In this document: piece by piece, positions 1 through 14,800 of the stretch
Numbering within the stretch: the first letter of the stretch is position 1
Layout of the letters: each line of letters begins with the position of its first letter
Source of the DNA: Acanthaster planci
Taxonomy: Eukaryota
Assembly (NCBI RefSeq): GCF_001949145.1
Contig: NW_019091362.1
Location: forward strand, 2,115,838-2,179,837
Reading direction: 5' to 3'
Length of the DNA: 64,000 bases
Position numbers and translations under genes: made by a program
Notes under the pieces: generated by a model
Databases searched by the model: none
What the model saw: the letters and a program-made list of their open reading frames with translations, nothing else
What the model was told of the DNA's origin: nothing

Positions 1-3000
1 TTCGTAAGTGTGCCCGTCCAAAAAATCTGAACAAAGATCATGTAGAATATGGGGCCAATTTGTGTTTGTTTTCCTAGCAGTTTACGGTTCATGTTTCTTG
101 ACTGGTTTGCTACCCGCTTTTGGGCAATTAGGGCAATCGCCAATATTTCGACCTTAATCTATGAACGCATCGCTTTTGTCTCACAAAGCAGAGATCGCAG
201 ACATCCTGCGATGCATGCACAAGGCAGCATGGTCAAGTTTCAGGAGAATAAAGCTACACTTTATTGATTGTCTGCGACTGTCTGCGTTGCCACCTGTGAT
301 CAATGCGACTTTTCGTGAAGTTCGGGTTTTTGTGATCTAGGCGCCGAATTAGCGCTAGATGCCCGGTGGTTTGCTCGAAGAAATTCATTCATCTTCATGC
401 ATCAACATGCAATGTCAAATGAGGTAGACGATTGCTTGTGATAAGACGAGTCTCACAGTCTTGTGGCTAGAAGTAAGCCAAAAGCTGTATCTTTTGTTTT
501 TGCTTGCGTGACCTACAATTATTGAAAGTGAACAAGTCGCTTCGAGTCACTATCCGTTATACAAGCACAAACCCTATGTTTCAGTACATGTTTTGATAAA
601 CATTCTAAAACAGGAGGGAAACATCTGTGTTGGGGAGCTTTGAGGGTGTGCTTATTGGCAGCGTTTCTTACGTTTTCACGCTGATACAGTTTGTAAACGA
701 GCACATTTTTTCGTCAGCAGCATTGCTCGTGCTTGGGCATACATGTAGTTAAGACAAATTTTTAACGAATTTGCTGAAAGGCAAGCTTCATGCTCGTAGG
801 AAAATAATTGGCAAGGCCTTGATTTGTGTGCTTGGTATGGTGCCGTTAACGTTGTTTGTCATATTCGATTTTAGTGAAATGAGCTATGCTTGGTATGTTG
901 TCTAAACCGTTGTTAGATTTTTTTTTCATTTGGAATATGCTTGAGATACTTTTCGAAAGGAACCATTTCTGGTTATTTCACGTGATTGATTAGCAAGAAT
1001 ATTGTGCAGGTCCTCACCACCATTTTATCGTTTGAGCCTGTAGCTTCCAATCCGTCCGTTTATTTGCGTTTCAATCAGTCCTTTTTGATACCATTCTAAT
1101 CAACATATCCCATTTTTAATTGGCAATCTTATTCCCCTGGTTTTTATTTTCATTTCTTGGGACATCGAAGTTTAAACACTTCCGTTCATTATGCTCAACT
1201 GCTCGTCCTTGCACACTCAAGAAGTCATAAATTATTGCTGATCGATGTTGCACCTTTCTGATGTCAGTAAATGATGAAATATAATACAAGCATGCGACAA
1301 ATCAATTGCAAGCATAAAAGGCGTGGGCCTAACCATGTTACTGATTTTTCCGTAATGTTATATGCTTACGGGCAGAGTTCTCTCTGAAACGTTTTGTATT
1401 TTGTCGATCCGCCAATATTGTCAAAAAGTCCGGGAACGTTTAAGCAAAATAAAGTAACCATTCTTTGGGTCTGAAGCTCCAGTTTTGTGTACTTAGAGTT
1501 TTTCTCTGTTTTTAGCCTACAATAATAATGAACATTTTGTCAGATTTATTCAATCATATGGCTAGTTCGTCACACCAATATTACTTCTTTACTGATCAAA
1601 AAAAATTCTCTTTCAAATAGAATTCCTGGCGAAACATTGCAACAAGATGATAACTTCAACACCATTAAGGATGTCAAACAATTAGGTCCGTCTTGACTTA
1701 GAGAAAAATGTCGAGATTTACAAGTAAGTTAATTCATTTCAGTATTTTTCTTTCAGAAAGCTTTGCGCATTTGCACTCTTAAAAAAGTGACTTGAGTGGA
1801 TTCAGTTATCGGGGACAATTAAAAGAGCTCGTTTTTCTGGAGAGGGAGGTCAGGGAGCTGAATTTATGGTTTGAAATGATACAGCGGTATTTAAACCGAA
1901 ATAATTACAATATTCATTATAATGCCAATCAAACAACTACATAACGACATATTGAAATGCTCGGCTTTATTGTAGATATGATTAATATTATCTCAAAGAA
2001 CAGGAAACGTTTTCTTAAATGTCAATAGACTTTTTAAAAAATCTTTTCCGAATTGAAATCTGTAAAACAATACATCTTTATAAACAATGGCCTTTAGGGA
2101 ATTAAGGAAGGTCCGTTTTTTTTTTCGGTCGGAACCATCCCAGACAATAAACAGGCCGAGACTCGCACCAGTTATTTACATTTTCTGTATACTTACTTCC
2201 CTGGAAAAGCCGTCGATCGTAAATGAGGTCAGAATTAATTACACTCTCACAAGTTTCAATAAGAGTATCAATGTTCACTGAGAGCCGGGGTTAACTTACC
2301 AACCCGCGGTTAATAATGCTTCTGTTTACAGTGCGCCAGCTGGAGCGGTTTACAGTACATAGACCAATTGCACAGCTGCTGCACGGCACAAGCTGTAGTT
2401 CTCGGTATCTTACCGAATGGTGTTTAGTTAAACTGTTTACTTGCAAATCACATCTGGCTAATTGGTACTCCAGTCTCATCCTCCGTCTTTTGGCTTTAAA
2501 GGATTCACTCCACGGAATCCACTACCAGGACGATCTGCTCCAAGGAAATAATTCAATATTAACGCTGTGGTAGCGTCAGTTGTCACATGATAGTTGGCAG
2601 TTAAGCAAATAGAACATTCTATTTGATTTGAAATCCTAGCTCTAGATATTTAGTTTTCCGGACAAAGTAGATAATGTGGCTACACAACTGATTTATTGTA
2701 AGATTGGCTGAAATGTCTCCTTGGTTTGTGAAACATATCCTTGTGTAAATTACCTTTCCTGTTTAATCAAGAAGGATTCACTTTGTGGTATTGAATTTCG
2801 AAGTGATGGTAATCTTAGGCGGCCTCGCTTTAAATCTGATGTACGGAGGTCTTACTTTTATCACCATATTAACTGGAAAGATTTTGTCATTCTTCCGCTC
2901 GGGGTACTAGCGTCTCATCGATAGTTCCGTAATGACGACCCTGTTTTGACCGAACCAACATGCTACCATTTCAATCAGTTTGAAAGATGGGGAGAAAGAA

Positions 3001-4826
3001 CATCAGTTGTAAAGATCTCGCGTTGCTGCTATAAAAGTGATCATATTTTATGCTTACCATTTTGGGAGAGAGCATCGTTGATTTTGGGATTATCTACCAA
3101 GCTTTGGCAGATATATTAATGGAAGCGTTAGGTTTTCACGTGTGTTGGGTTCAAAAAACCAACCAATTGTAACTCGGAATCAGTGCTCCAAAGGTAAAAA
3201 TGGAAACAGTGTCATGTAAGTTGTAACGACTGAGTTCATTTTTTTTGGCTTCGCGTTTTTGGTTGAGAGTGTAAACATACTTCTGGTCGTCAACATCACA
3301 CACATGTCTCTAGCTTATATGTTTAGTAACATTTCCCATCCTTTTAAGTCTCTGGTACAAGTATATATCATGTCAAGTGAAACCCTTCACCTAAGGTATT
3401 GACGCGCCCTGCAATGAGGCGTTTTAACTATCTAGTGCAAACCATGGACATATCACGGTAGCCTGCGGTACTTGCGTCCGATGTCCATGTAATGTATCAC
3501 TCAACCGTCTGCGCGGGAATGACTAAAAACAGTCTGAATCACAACTGTTCAGAGTCACAGACATGTACAGCTGCTCAGACGTGCAAACAGTTGGGCCAGT
3601 TCACTGATGGTTATATATGGAAGCGCGGCCAATGGAAGACTGTAGGAATTAGGTGCAAATAAGGCGAAAAAGCGCGTGTGGCCCAAAAAAGATTGCAAAT
3701 TCAGATAAGAATTGTACTTAAGCCGGGTCCGAATAACTTGACTGCGGCTTGAAATAATACGCAACTCTACTGAGGGTGGTTATAGCCACAATCATAGACG
3801 TGTGCGTGATGCCAAGCCGCAGCAAGGTAATTCAGACACTGCCTTAGGCCTGTAAATTAAGAACGTGTGTTGACCTACCGAAGAGACACTATATATAACT
3901 GCGGTAGTACAACACTCACGCGCGTATTTGTAATCATAACGCGCGGGCAACAACATTTTTGGTTGAAGAGGTTTTCAAATGGATTCTAATGGGAGACTAT
4001 CAGACGCTTGGAGGCGGCAGACGTATCGGTCCCACATTACCTGTTGGCGTTTATTAGCATTACACTTGAGCAAATGAGCCAGTGGCGTATCCAGGGGCAA
4101 CTCCCCCCCCGGCGGATTTTGTAACTTTTATTCTCACTTTAATATTTAATAATTTAATTAACTTTAATTTAATATGTAATAAACCGGTAGATAGACGGTT
4201 ATTTTAAAAGTCTGTTTCCTGGCGAATTTTTCTTTGTTTCTTAGTTTAGATTAATTTCTTTCTTTGCGTAGTAATTTTTTGATAATAATTCATCACATGT
4301 ACAACCCACCAACACAAGAAACGTGTTTTGCAATTAATGAACAAAATTAATGCCAGGCACGATTGTATCATCGACCAGTCATCCAAGGCTAATTAGTGAA
4401 TCCGTTCTTGTATCAGTATGATTGTTGATGTGTGCTATGAAACGGCTGCCAAAGAGAACAGGGGAAGGAGTTTATACAGGAAAAGTGACCATGTCTTGAA
4501 AAGAGTATATTTTATAAATCAATGCCACACAATGTACTATGGGGGCAATGTTCATGATAAACATTGTACATAAAATCGTCAAACTCAAAATAGCATATTA
4601 AAATCATTTTACAAATCAACTTTTTTGTTCATCACAAAAAAAGGTGTGGGATGATTCCACGGCCCATCATCCCACCACCAAAGGTGGGGAGATACATACC
4701 GTACCCCCTCAGGATTTGTGTTGATGAAAAAAATAAATTATTGGCAACAGTACTTTCCAACATTACTTAGTCTAAGGCCCGCCCCCAGGAAATGTTGTGT
4801 CCAAATATCAGTTTCGTGAAATTCTT

Positions 4827-4906
4827 GTGGGGTACCAATTTTGGTACCCCACGAGGTAAAAACTGGCCTTATGGGGTACTTCCCATTGTTCCGGTACCCC
4901 ACAAGG
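4827..4906. repeat. Two adjacent related palindromes (TGGGGTAC / GTACCCCA)
   Basis: gtggggtaccaa-tt-ttggtaccccac at 4827-4852 and ccttatggggtac...gtaccccacaagg at 4867-4906. Confidence 0.6.
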
Positions 4907-7470
4907 CCCCATAAGCGCACACCCACACACACACGAAAAACTATACGCCAGTGTAATGAGCGCACGCTCAAACTGGCACAGACAGTAATAGACTGGTCAA
5001 GTGAGACTAGTATGTTTGCCGCTTCTCAGAAGTCTCCCATTGTGGTTGCCGGAATCGACTTTCAACGTACTCATTAGCAGGTATTCACTAAACGTTCTAA
5101 CCAACTTGTGTCCGTGAAACCTCAAGGGCCAATTACTTTTGTACAGTTATTGGCATTTTACTTCGGGCCTTCCCAAGGCCGTAGGACATGCACAGCGACA
5201 GCGTTAAGTCAGGCAACGGACACTGAAAATTAGTACGTGTGTATTAAACAAGGAAGACAATGACAGAATAAGATTTGTTCACATGTAGGCTGACTTCATC
5301 AAAACTGTTGTTTTAGAACGTAGGCCTATTTGTTTTTGGTTCGTTCCAGTCAAGTAAAACAGTTTCGACGTGCAATAGTTTCTATAAACCTCAAATCCTT
5401 TCATGCCTTGACTTCCTTTCGAACCCATTGCGTTTATTAGTATAACCTCTCAGTACTGAAATCTAGTTTGTAATAATCTATCAGGAACAATTATGTTTGT
5501 ACAGAATAAGCCGGATTTAGGGTGAATCTATTTTTCCCATTCGCTGTAACGGTATTGGCAGGTTGTTTGTAAAATGTTTTCCCCAATATTCACAGTGCCT
5601 GCAGATGGGTCCCGACTAATGTTGAAGTGTAGCACGCACTAATCGAAGTTGATGCACTTCGTCATTGGACCGTAACTGGATTTCACCGCATGTCCCTGTA
5701 TTCAATTATCCTGAACCAGCTTAAGTTTACTGCACTTAAGTCGCCAGTCATCAGTGAACGATGTGCTCTCCTGTAGCTGTGGTATGGGCCCGACGATTCA
5801 TTCCCCCTTCGTCTTCCTCCCCATCGTAAGGCTGGGGTTAAGGCGGGTCTGCAACGCACGTATGAAGGGAGGGCTCCGTTCAGCGGTCGCATAGAACATC
5901 CCCGCTTGACCTCCAATCCACAGACGAGCGCTGGCGATATTAAAGCGCAAGTGTCTACGTGACGTGAGTTCATTGCAGAGGTTGTACGTGCCCTGAATGC
6001 TAGTTCGTACCAAACGGGGGGTTGGCAAGCTGTCGCGAGAGACTGATCATCGTTTGTTTAGTTTACAACCATCGCGGCACTCTACAAGGCGCACCCTATA
6101 GGAAGGGCCCACAGATATTTATGCCACGTTGATCGAGTCTTTACCCTTGTCTCCGAAAGTGAAATGCTCTGATACTGTTTGTTTGATTCCTGTTTCTGAT
6201 ATCCCCGACCAGTGATGCGTGTCACAAGCACTTGGGGTGCGTGGGTGTCATCCTTTGTGGAAGGGAGGGACTAATGGAGGCTTAAAATAGGACAGGTTGT
6301 TGTTTACTTTGCATGGGATGGACGGTAGCTACCATCTAGTAAAATGAGTTTGCTTCTCTTAAAAGTTGCATAACATAAAGATCGCGTGCACTTGCCATTG
6401 GCAGAGAAATATTCCAACTATGAACAAAGACACGCAATCACTCAGATTACAAATTAGTTCAATAAGTAACAAAGTTACTCCCTGTGTCCCACTTATACTT
6501 GGACGAATGACGACCGAGAAAGTCGATTTTTGGACAACTGCAGGATTGTCAAGCGAGTCAGACTCTAGCGATATGACATGAATGGCTTAAGTTAACAGTT
6601 GTAGTATGAAATCAATGCACTGAGATATTTAATTCAAAAAGCATGGTTTGGGATGATTTGAATTTATACCGAGGTGTAAGTGGTAATGAATGTTATACTG
6701 ACTTGCCACAGCAGTTTTAGCAGTGCCATAGTCACTATGACAAGCATGCACAATGCAGTGATCCGCTAATGCGCACCTCGAATGAATTTTCATCTACCTA
6801 TAAAAATATTCTTAACAAGACTGAGACACTGGATTAACGGTTGTCAGTGTTTCACTGCGTTTATGTAAAGATTTTCCCTAAGTTGCATTTCTGCATTGTC
6901 AACCCGTTTCTGTTAGGTCGTGTACTTTTAACAGGAGGAGGGTGTGCACATACAAACTGTATTCACAACTTGGACTACAGGTGAGGATCACGATAACTAG
7001 TGCATGAATGTACTGCCTATTTTATGTGCATTTAAAGTAAAAGCAACCTTGTCTTTGAAGCTCATCCAACTCAGAGAAGAGCAAAGGTGGTAAGGTGGAA
7101 CAGGTTAGCCTTTATTGGGTTACTTTTTCCTGGAGACCAGGTTTGAATAGATGACAAGTCGCCGACAGAAGCCGGAGAAATTTCCCACTTATCCAACCAT
7201 TGTCGGCTCGACACAGGGTGCCGCATCAACGTCGCGACTACTTACCTTCACAGATCGATTCCACTGCATTGAATTTGCACATCGCTGGATCACGCAACCT
7301 CTTTCAGTGTGTTAACACAGCAGGGGAAGCGAGCACAATGTTCTGAAAATTATGGAGGCCGAAACCAGGAGGTCGACCCAGACTTTCTGTACTTCACTGG
7401 TGAGGAAATACTTACGCTTGCTGTCCACAGCCCTATGAACCTTTGTCACAGGTGTAGTGCAATCCGCCAT

Positions 7471-7538
7471 GAGCAGAAACACCCCCTCATCGGTTGAAAA
7501 GAGCCATGTTGATCTGAGTGTTCATTTTGTTGGGAGCG
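7471..7538. repeat. Dispersed about 70-bp repeat, second copy at 37313-37382
   Basis: Shared core ccccctcatcggttgaaaagagccatgttg and flanking gagcagaa / ttttgttgg. Confidence 0.75.
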
Positions 7539-10500
7539 ATGCGATAGACTGGTTGCCGTCCCTTACGTAGACTCCAGATGTCTTACAGACGTCCTCTGAA
7601 CGTATAGGGACCTGTAGCGGGTAATGAAACCGGAGGAATCCTGCCAGTTTTATGTAAATAAGGAAACGAAGCCCGCTAAATGCACAAATCAGGCAGACGG
7701 TGAAAGAAGGTTTCGTCTTCTCTTCTGCGGTAACAAAATAACTTCACCATTAATTTTTTATCAATCCAAAATTTAACAAAATCATGTGGTAAAATAAATT
7801 ATCGATAATATTCATTGACATCGTGTATTATGTGTATTATTCGCTTCAAGTGCTGGAACGTAATTCATGTTAAACCATTGCTATTGGCTTGACAAAAATT
7901 TAAATATTCAGCACCCAAATTGACAGGGCTACTCGCACACGTTAAACTGCAGCTAGCTACCGGTCCCTGTGTAACAGAGACGGAGACCAGTCCAGCGATG
8001 CGACTGCAACACTTGCGTTTCATAGTCGTTCGTGAACCACAAATGCACTGTTACTACCAAAGGAACCTGTGTTGCTTGGACAATTACGCCCTCTCTCGGC
8101 CCGGCTTGGGGCCCATAATGAATGTTAATTATAATGTTATACGTATTCATTGTGTCCCAAGTTGTTGCTTAGGCCTATATAGTTGTGGAACGTGTACGTT
8201 TTTCATGCTTTAAAATTTTACACTTTAATTTGTTCATTGTGAGAATCGTCAAGTAGCCAAGTGAAAAAAGAGCCATTATTCTAGTTTCTCCAAGGTTTTC
8301 TCCTGTAAGCGAACGAAAACGTGATCCAGGAAGCACGTGAAGATCCATTGATGAGCATTATTTGAGCATTCGAGTAATAATCATGAAGCCATGGCGTTTC
8401 CTTGCTTTGAAACAGCAGGATCAGAAATAGGCTACCACCACGGCTTCACGAGGTTTGACGAAGATCCGTGGCAAGTAATGCATACAATATTAGTTAATAA
8501 TGACACGATCATTCTACTCATTGCAATCTCTCAACGGCAAGACAGTAACACTGATGACGATCATTTTTCAACTTCGACCGACGTTAATTATTCCATCTAT
8601 CAGTAACTCCTTTAAGGAGCACTCACACAGTAAACCGACGAATGCTTCCCTGTAAACATCAAACCAGAAACCGGTTATCGCGCTTGCTCCCTACTGAACA
8701 TTACTTAGGCCCCCACACGATCAGGACACTCACAATCGGTAGTTTACCAGGGACGAACTTTAATTTTTCAATTTAACGAGACTATTGATGTAAAGGACGG
8801 TGATTTAACAACCGGCCACCGTAAAATATCATATTTGCACTGACATTAGCCACCCTAGTTCGCGAGTGCGCAGCACCACCGGCATGTTAATGCACTTGAT
8901 ATTCCTCACAGGTCTGTTGACTCATAATTTTCCCCGAGCCCCAAAAATTCGGTCGTAATTTTTTTCGCAGGAACATTGGATCTCAAATGACGGCCGACTT
9001 CCTGGATGATCCTTATTGTTTTCACGGTCGGTTTGGTGGCCGGCAGTTCCGGTGGTCCATTGGGATGACCAGTCAGGTCCCACAGGCAGACAACCCGTTT
9101 GCATAACAAGGTTTGTCCTGTTCGTTTTCCCCTCGAAGCATAAGGGGGAATCAATAAACGTATCCATAATGCACCCAACACAGCAGCATTCTGGATTTGA
9201 CCCCAAAATCACTCACTGAATTCAACATTTTTTGCAGAAAAGGATGCGACCTTGGAAACTGATCCTAGAAATATACTCAGCTTCTCTTTGTTTGCCATCG
9301 TAATTCTCTTGCAAAGGCTGATGTAAGCTTTATTTGTCAGCAGCTTCAAGAATTTGGGTTAAGTTGGCGTAGCGTTAGTGTATTTGTGGGCGAAGTGTTA
9401 TAAATATAGACCAGAAATATCTTCAAAGAAGCAATATTCAAATACATTGAGGAAAAACAACCATCAGAATGCCTATACACGTTGTTAAGTTGTACTCCAA
9501 CGTATAAACTTTTAAATGTTTGAAGTTTCCTGTGGGTATTTAGATCCGAATTTTCAGCCAGTAAAGTAATCCCTTTATGTGTTCTATTACAACGTACAAA
9601 GGGAATACGTTAAATGTAGTTTTTCACTCCAATTGATCAGGCTACTTAATTGAAATGTAGATTTATACCATGTAAAACTTAGTCTCAATCTAATGACAGT
9701 GTTTCCAGCCATTTGTGTCTATGGTTATTGACCTCTTGCATTTTTGCCCACAGGACAGTGAGGAATATATTACCTTTTTTCTGTTATCGAAGAAGAATTG
9801 GCGCCAGGGTTAGTTCGCCCAAATAAACCACCATCCAAAATGTCATTCGGGGTATACAGTTGCTGACGATTTACAGCCGTATGGCCTGAGTTATCCCAAC
9901 CAATATCAGCATCATTCCTTAGCAATTCTTATCAGTGTCGATTTCCCCGGTGTCTTTGACCACGGAGATGCCGTCGGAGTTCTGACTAATCCGGCGCACA
10001 TCACATTTTCAATTTTCAGCGATAATCGCAGTTGCTTGGGTTCCAAGTACAACATCGCACATTGTTTATCAAGAGATTGATTTTCTCATCATGGTGTAGG
10101 TGTGTAGATTCGGTTCATGCAGTGTGTGTACATAAATATACCTCTGTTAAGGCTGGGCGGAGGGGAAGATCTAAGTATGGCAACAGAGCTATTCAGCAGG
10201 CGTCTGCTGATGGTTGTTATTTCATTTTCCTCTGTTAGTCGACAAGTGAAAATCAGCAGCCACAAGTGTAGGGATGCGGTCTTCTCTAGAAAGCTCTAAA
10301 GTTAATTAATTAGGCATTCCTTGTAACTCCATTCTTCCCTATTAAAACAAACTGTTTACAATAGAAACAATTGTTTAAACTGTGTCGATCGAGTGGTTAT
10401 CACAGTTATCCTAAACCGTTTGCATGAGGCTGAATAAAGGTTGGAAAAGCTCATACCTTGAGTGAGCAGCTGGTAGGTGGATAAGGTGTAAAATTTTTAA

Positions 10501-11297
10501 AAGTGAGACGAGTCTTCGGCACAACATTTACCATTAATTGCTGGATCCTGTATAGGCCTTCCGATGAGTCCTTAGCAAGGGGTGTATAAGGGGGCGGGAG
10601 ACGATGGCTTCAAACTATGTAATACCATCCAACTCTTAGGAATATTGTCCTTAGTGTGTGCGATAATATTTGCATTTTTACCTATCATCTTGGGGCATTG
10701 TTTACTTTGACCACTCTGTCCCGGAAAGCAGTTTCGCAAAAATTGATGAGCCACACACGAGGATGTCGTCAGAGTGGTGCTGGCGCTACCAAGGGATTAT
10801 CGAATCACGGACAACGTGAGCAAAGGTTCTGCCGGGTTTAATATTAAAAGAAGAAAGTCTATCTGTCTTATGTTCCACTTTTCATCCTTGCTATGTCATA
10901 TATCAGGCTAAGTAAGCAGAGCCTCGAGAATGAGCAAACACGTACTCGGACCCCGCCCCCATTTCACAGATAAATACTAACTGGGATGCGGGGGCGGCAA
11001 TAAGACGTACCTCGCTGACACAAGACATCTTCGTTTAATGGCAAAACAGTTATAATTGTGATTATCTGTAAGTGATGTTTTGGAGGAGCGAATCCTAGTG
11101 GTTTACATACTAACACAAGTTATTTAATCGCTGGATTTATACTGCCTAGTCCAGCACTTCGATACCCTTCAAAACCGCTCTGACCCGCTTTTGAAAACGT
11201 GATTTCTACGCGTATCTTTCATTGATTAGATGACATCGGCTTATTTACATTGTCTGTCTAATCTTCGTTATAGTTGCTGACCTTTCTCCTTACAGCG

Positions 11298-11867
11298 TTA
11301 CCACTGCTTGAACAATTTTTCAAGATCTTGAAAAATCTAGACCCAACTTAAAAACTTGAACAGAAAAATCTTAAAAATCCAGAAATCTTGAAAAAATTCC
11401 AAAAATCAGACGAAAATATACATTATACTCAGAGATTCAACTATTGTCTATATAATATGTATGGATTTACTGGTATTTGTTTTAAATTATTGATCTTAAA
11501 ACGCGTCTGGATACCATACTTAAAGTCATGCTCCATGTGTAAGCATAAGCTAGGCACGTAACTCATGTATTGTTCCAAACACGAGCTTACGATCACTAGG
11601 CTATGTTTATAGTATCGAAGTCATGACGCGTTTAAACCTATTATGCTCTCCAGTACCTGTCAGTCCATGCAAAATAATAGCGCCAGTTTACTGTATTGTT
11701 TCCTGCATAATTTTTCTGCGTGAGAGAGAAACCAGTATAGACCTACATGTACACGTGTATTTTGTTACGTTTACAACGGGTTGTGTAATAATTTACATAG
11801 GCTTGAAAAATCTTGAAAATTTTAAGACTCTGATCTTGTAAAAAAAAACAAAACTATCCAGTGGTAA
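11298..11867. mobile_element. Possible non-autonomous DNA element with short TIRs and aatcttgaaaa subrepeats
   Basis: ttaccactg...caagatc at left, gatcttg...cagtggtaa at right; repeated aaaatcttgaaaa near both ends. Confidence 0.35.
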
Positions 11868-14800
11868 ACTTGCTTCTCTATAGGGAACTCTGTTTTTCAT
11901 CAAGTCTGTCACATAAACAGTGTCTTATGTGAAAGGATTTTTTATTCTACGACTAGATCAGTGGAAGGTTGTTGCAGTGGTTGGAAACTGGTTCAAGTTC
12001 ATGTAAATGTACAGCTCACAGAAGGCAGTTCTCTCCAGAATTCTTGAAAGATATTGTCAGAATTGATTTCGATTGATCAGACCTTAATGTAGGTTACGTT
12101 TGTATTGTTTCCCTTGGCTTTGAATCCAGTATAAACTGGAATTTTGAAATCCACAAAATGGCACCAATCGTCTACAGCGACACAATATTACCAAGTCTGA
12201 ATTTGAACATTACAAAAGGCATGTGACACGGGTCACATGACACTATTTCGACGAGCATAAAGCTGACACAGATTAGCCAACTAGCGTAATGTTGCAGTTT
12301 TTATTTATTAAATAAATTCATCATTTTAACTGATTATAGACACGAGAAAACCTTTGGGAAATCATCATCATGATCCTAATTAGGGGGAGAGATTTTTTTT
12401 TCATGTGCAGCATACGTACATCTGATTCCCATGCTCAATGCATGCTCAATGCTTTTTGTGAAACCGTATAAAGGACCCATATAAAAAGCCTTCTTTCCCG
12501 GAAAGACAAGACAGGATGGCCAATGTAAACATAACAACTGCCGTATGAATCACATGCCATAAATCTTAATTTTGGTTACAGATATGAGTAAACATATTCA
12601 GTTTATCGTGTTGTTAATCAATCATGTCGTTATCGCAACCTCGTGTCTTGGCAGTAAATTGCTCTTTAACAAGGCCCTCCTTCGCCAGCAATGACCTATT
12701 CATACCAAGGCAGTCGTGTCCTCGCTGACCTTGTTTGGTTTTCCCTTTTAGCCCGCAAAGATATAAACTGTTATTCCATCTTATTATTTTGTTCAATTGG
12801 ATGTGTGGTTGCTGTATAATACATTGCAATTACTCAGAAGAGCTAAATGCAGCGTGCCGTGTCAGTCAGCGGTGTGGTCGGTCTGTAATGTTCCTGCCCA
12901 TGTCAGTCTCTTCTTGTATTCAACACTCAGAAATACATATTTTAAACCACGGGAGAATTGAGCAAAGTTGGCATTCTTTACAAGCCGGGCATTTGAGAGT
13001 TTGTCGAATGCCGTGTTGTGCACGTTTGGAATACAATAAGACAATCGACATCGTTTTCGTAGAATGTCACATAGTAACCGCAGGGTTTCATAAAATCTCT
13101 TTCGGATTGACCATGCATAACATGTAGATTAACTCTGAAAAGTGAAAGTGGGAAAATTAATTACCATGGTTACGAACTACTTGATTCAACAGGGAAAAAT
13201 TGCAGGCTAGACTTTTAAAAAAGCCGCTTGACAAGTTTGAATGACTTCTGTCGCTGCTCAGTCAACACCGTTAGGGACTAATCCTTTTTCGTCGACAAAA
13301 AGGTTACCAAAATCCCTTTAGGGTGACTTGTTACATTAAATCTGAATCAGATTTACTGCAGGGTAGTACATCGTTTATTATAAAGATTGTACAAGTTTAC
13401 AGATTTTACACAGAATGAAATACGTGTGGCATTACTGTAAAAATCCCCTTCATTTGCTGAGAATTACCTAGCAGCCATATTGGTGCCCGTGGTCTTCCGT
13501 AAAATGTAGGATCACATGGAGAACATTGACCGTCAAATTCTGTTAACTCGACCTTAAAATTCGCAGTACATATGGTGACCGTACATTTGGCAGAACGCCA
13601 TTAGCACCCATGCTGCCAGGGAATTTCCTGTACGTTTGCAGGATATGTTAACGGCATCTTTTTGCTATGGGCAATTCTTTGTAATCCAAGAAATCTGATA
13701 CACCTGAGAAATGCCGGATTGTGCATTAATGAATTACAGCTTTCATTCAAAATTCTCTCATTTTTTGACTCGACACTGTGTCATTTTAATGGCACCATTG
13801 GCAATTTGCCGTTAATTGGGTATAAATAAAAACTATTCTTCCATTTGTCAATTTCCGGTTGTTTTGTTTACGTGACGCCTTGGCACGGTCTCAATTGGGA
13901 CTGCCTGGGTTTTATTGAGATTTTTTTAGTTCCATTGTGTGGTTCAAATTCTGGAGAGTACAGCCGTATTAGATACCCTAGGTTAAGCGCTGGAGATTTG
14001 CATGCCGTTACATCCCCAGGGTGAAACACAAACAGTGGAGTACCCGTGAAAACTGCTCCCCGGACAACCATCACATCAACGGAAAATGTAACAAATTGCT
14101 TCTGTTGCGATCAACTAGAGAATTCATCTGACCCGCACGTGACTCCCCTAACAAAATTTGGCGGGAATTAAGTTAAATTTGTGGCGCTAACTCGCACGGC
14201 TAACCTGGTAGACGAGACCCCCACAAGGGTAGGCGCGGGCGCTTAAGTTGTGCTATTTGTGCGGTGAACAGAAAATTCGCCCCTGGACTCGATGTGATGC
14301 AAGGCCTATCAGATGTCACGTGCTCAATTTGTGTCCCTAAAGAGTTCGTATTCTATACTCACTGCCCTGTCCAAGGGCGCTGATGAAAGCTGGTCAAATG
14401 CTGTGAAGGAAACGCAAGGCATTAAGGGTACCGTAGCCTCACTTTCCATGCACGTGGACGTGTCAAGGATCGAATGTGATTTTCAACACCTTTCGTCTGC
14501 GCTCTTTCAGAACGTTTTTGGTACGAGTGAATTCGTATCAAAGAGAGGTAGCTCTGTTAAGGGGGGTACTTTTTTCAGACCCTCATTAGTGCGCATACGG
14601 CGAAGATGCACAACGATGATCAATCAATTTGACTAGGTATCGCGTGAACTTTGACGCCATAATTACAGTTTCAAAGGAATCTTTCTGCAGAATATTTTTG
14701 ACACAGTATGTGATTCGTAACCGCAAGAAAAGCATATGGAAGGATAGAGGCGAACTGTGGGAAATTGGACACTAGTTTAGGTTAAGATTAACTTAAAACG

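Noticed and set aside
8906..9219. Overlapping ORFs in a moderately GC-rich patch
   Set aside because: No recognisable motif and neighbouring frames are interrupted.
10540..10590. Hammerhead-like string ccgatgagtccttagcaagg
   Set aside because: The core is CCGATGA rather than CTGATGA and no GAAA follows stem II; at most a decayed relic.
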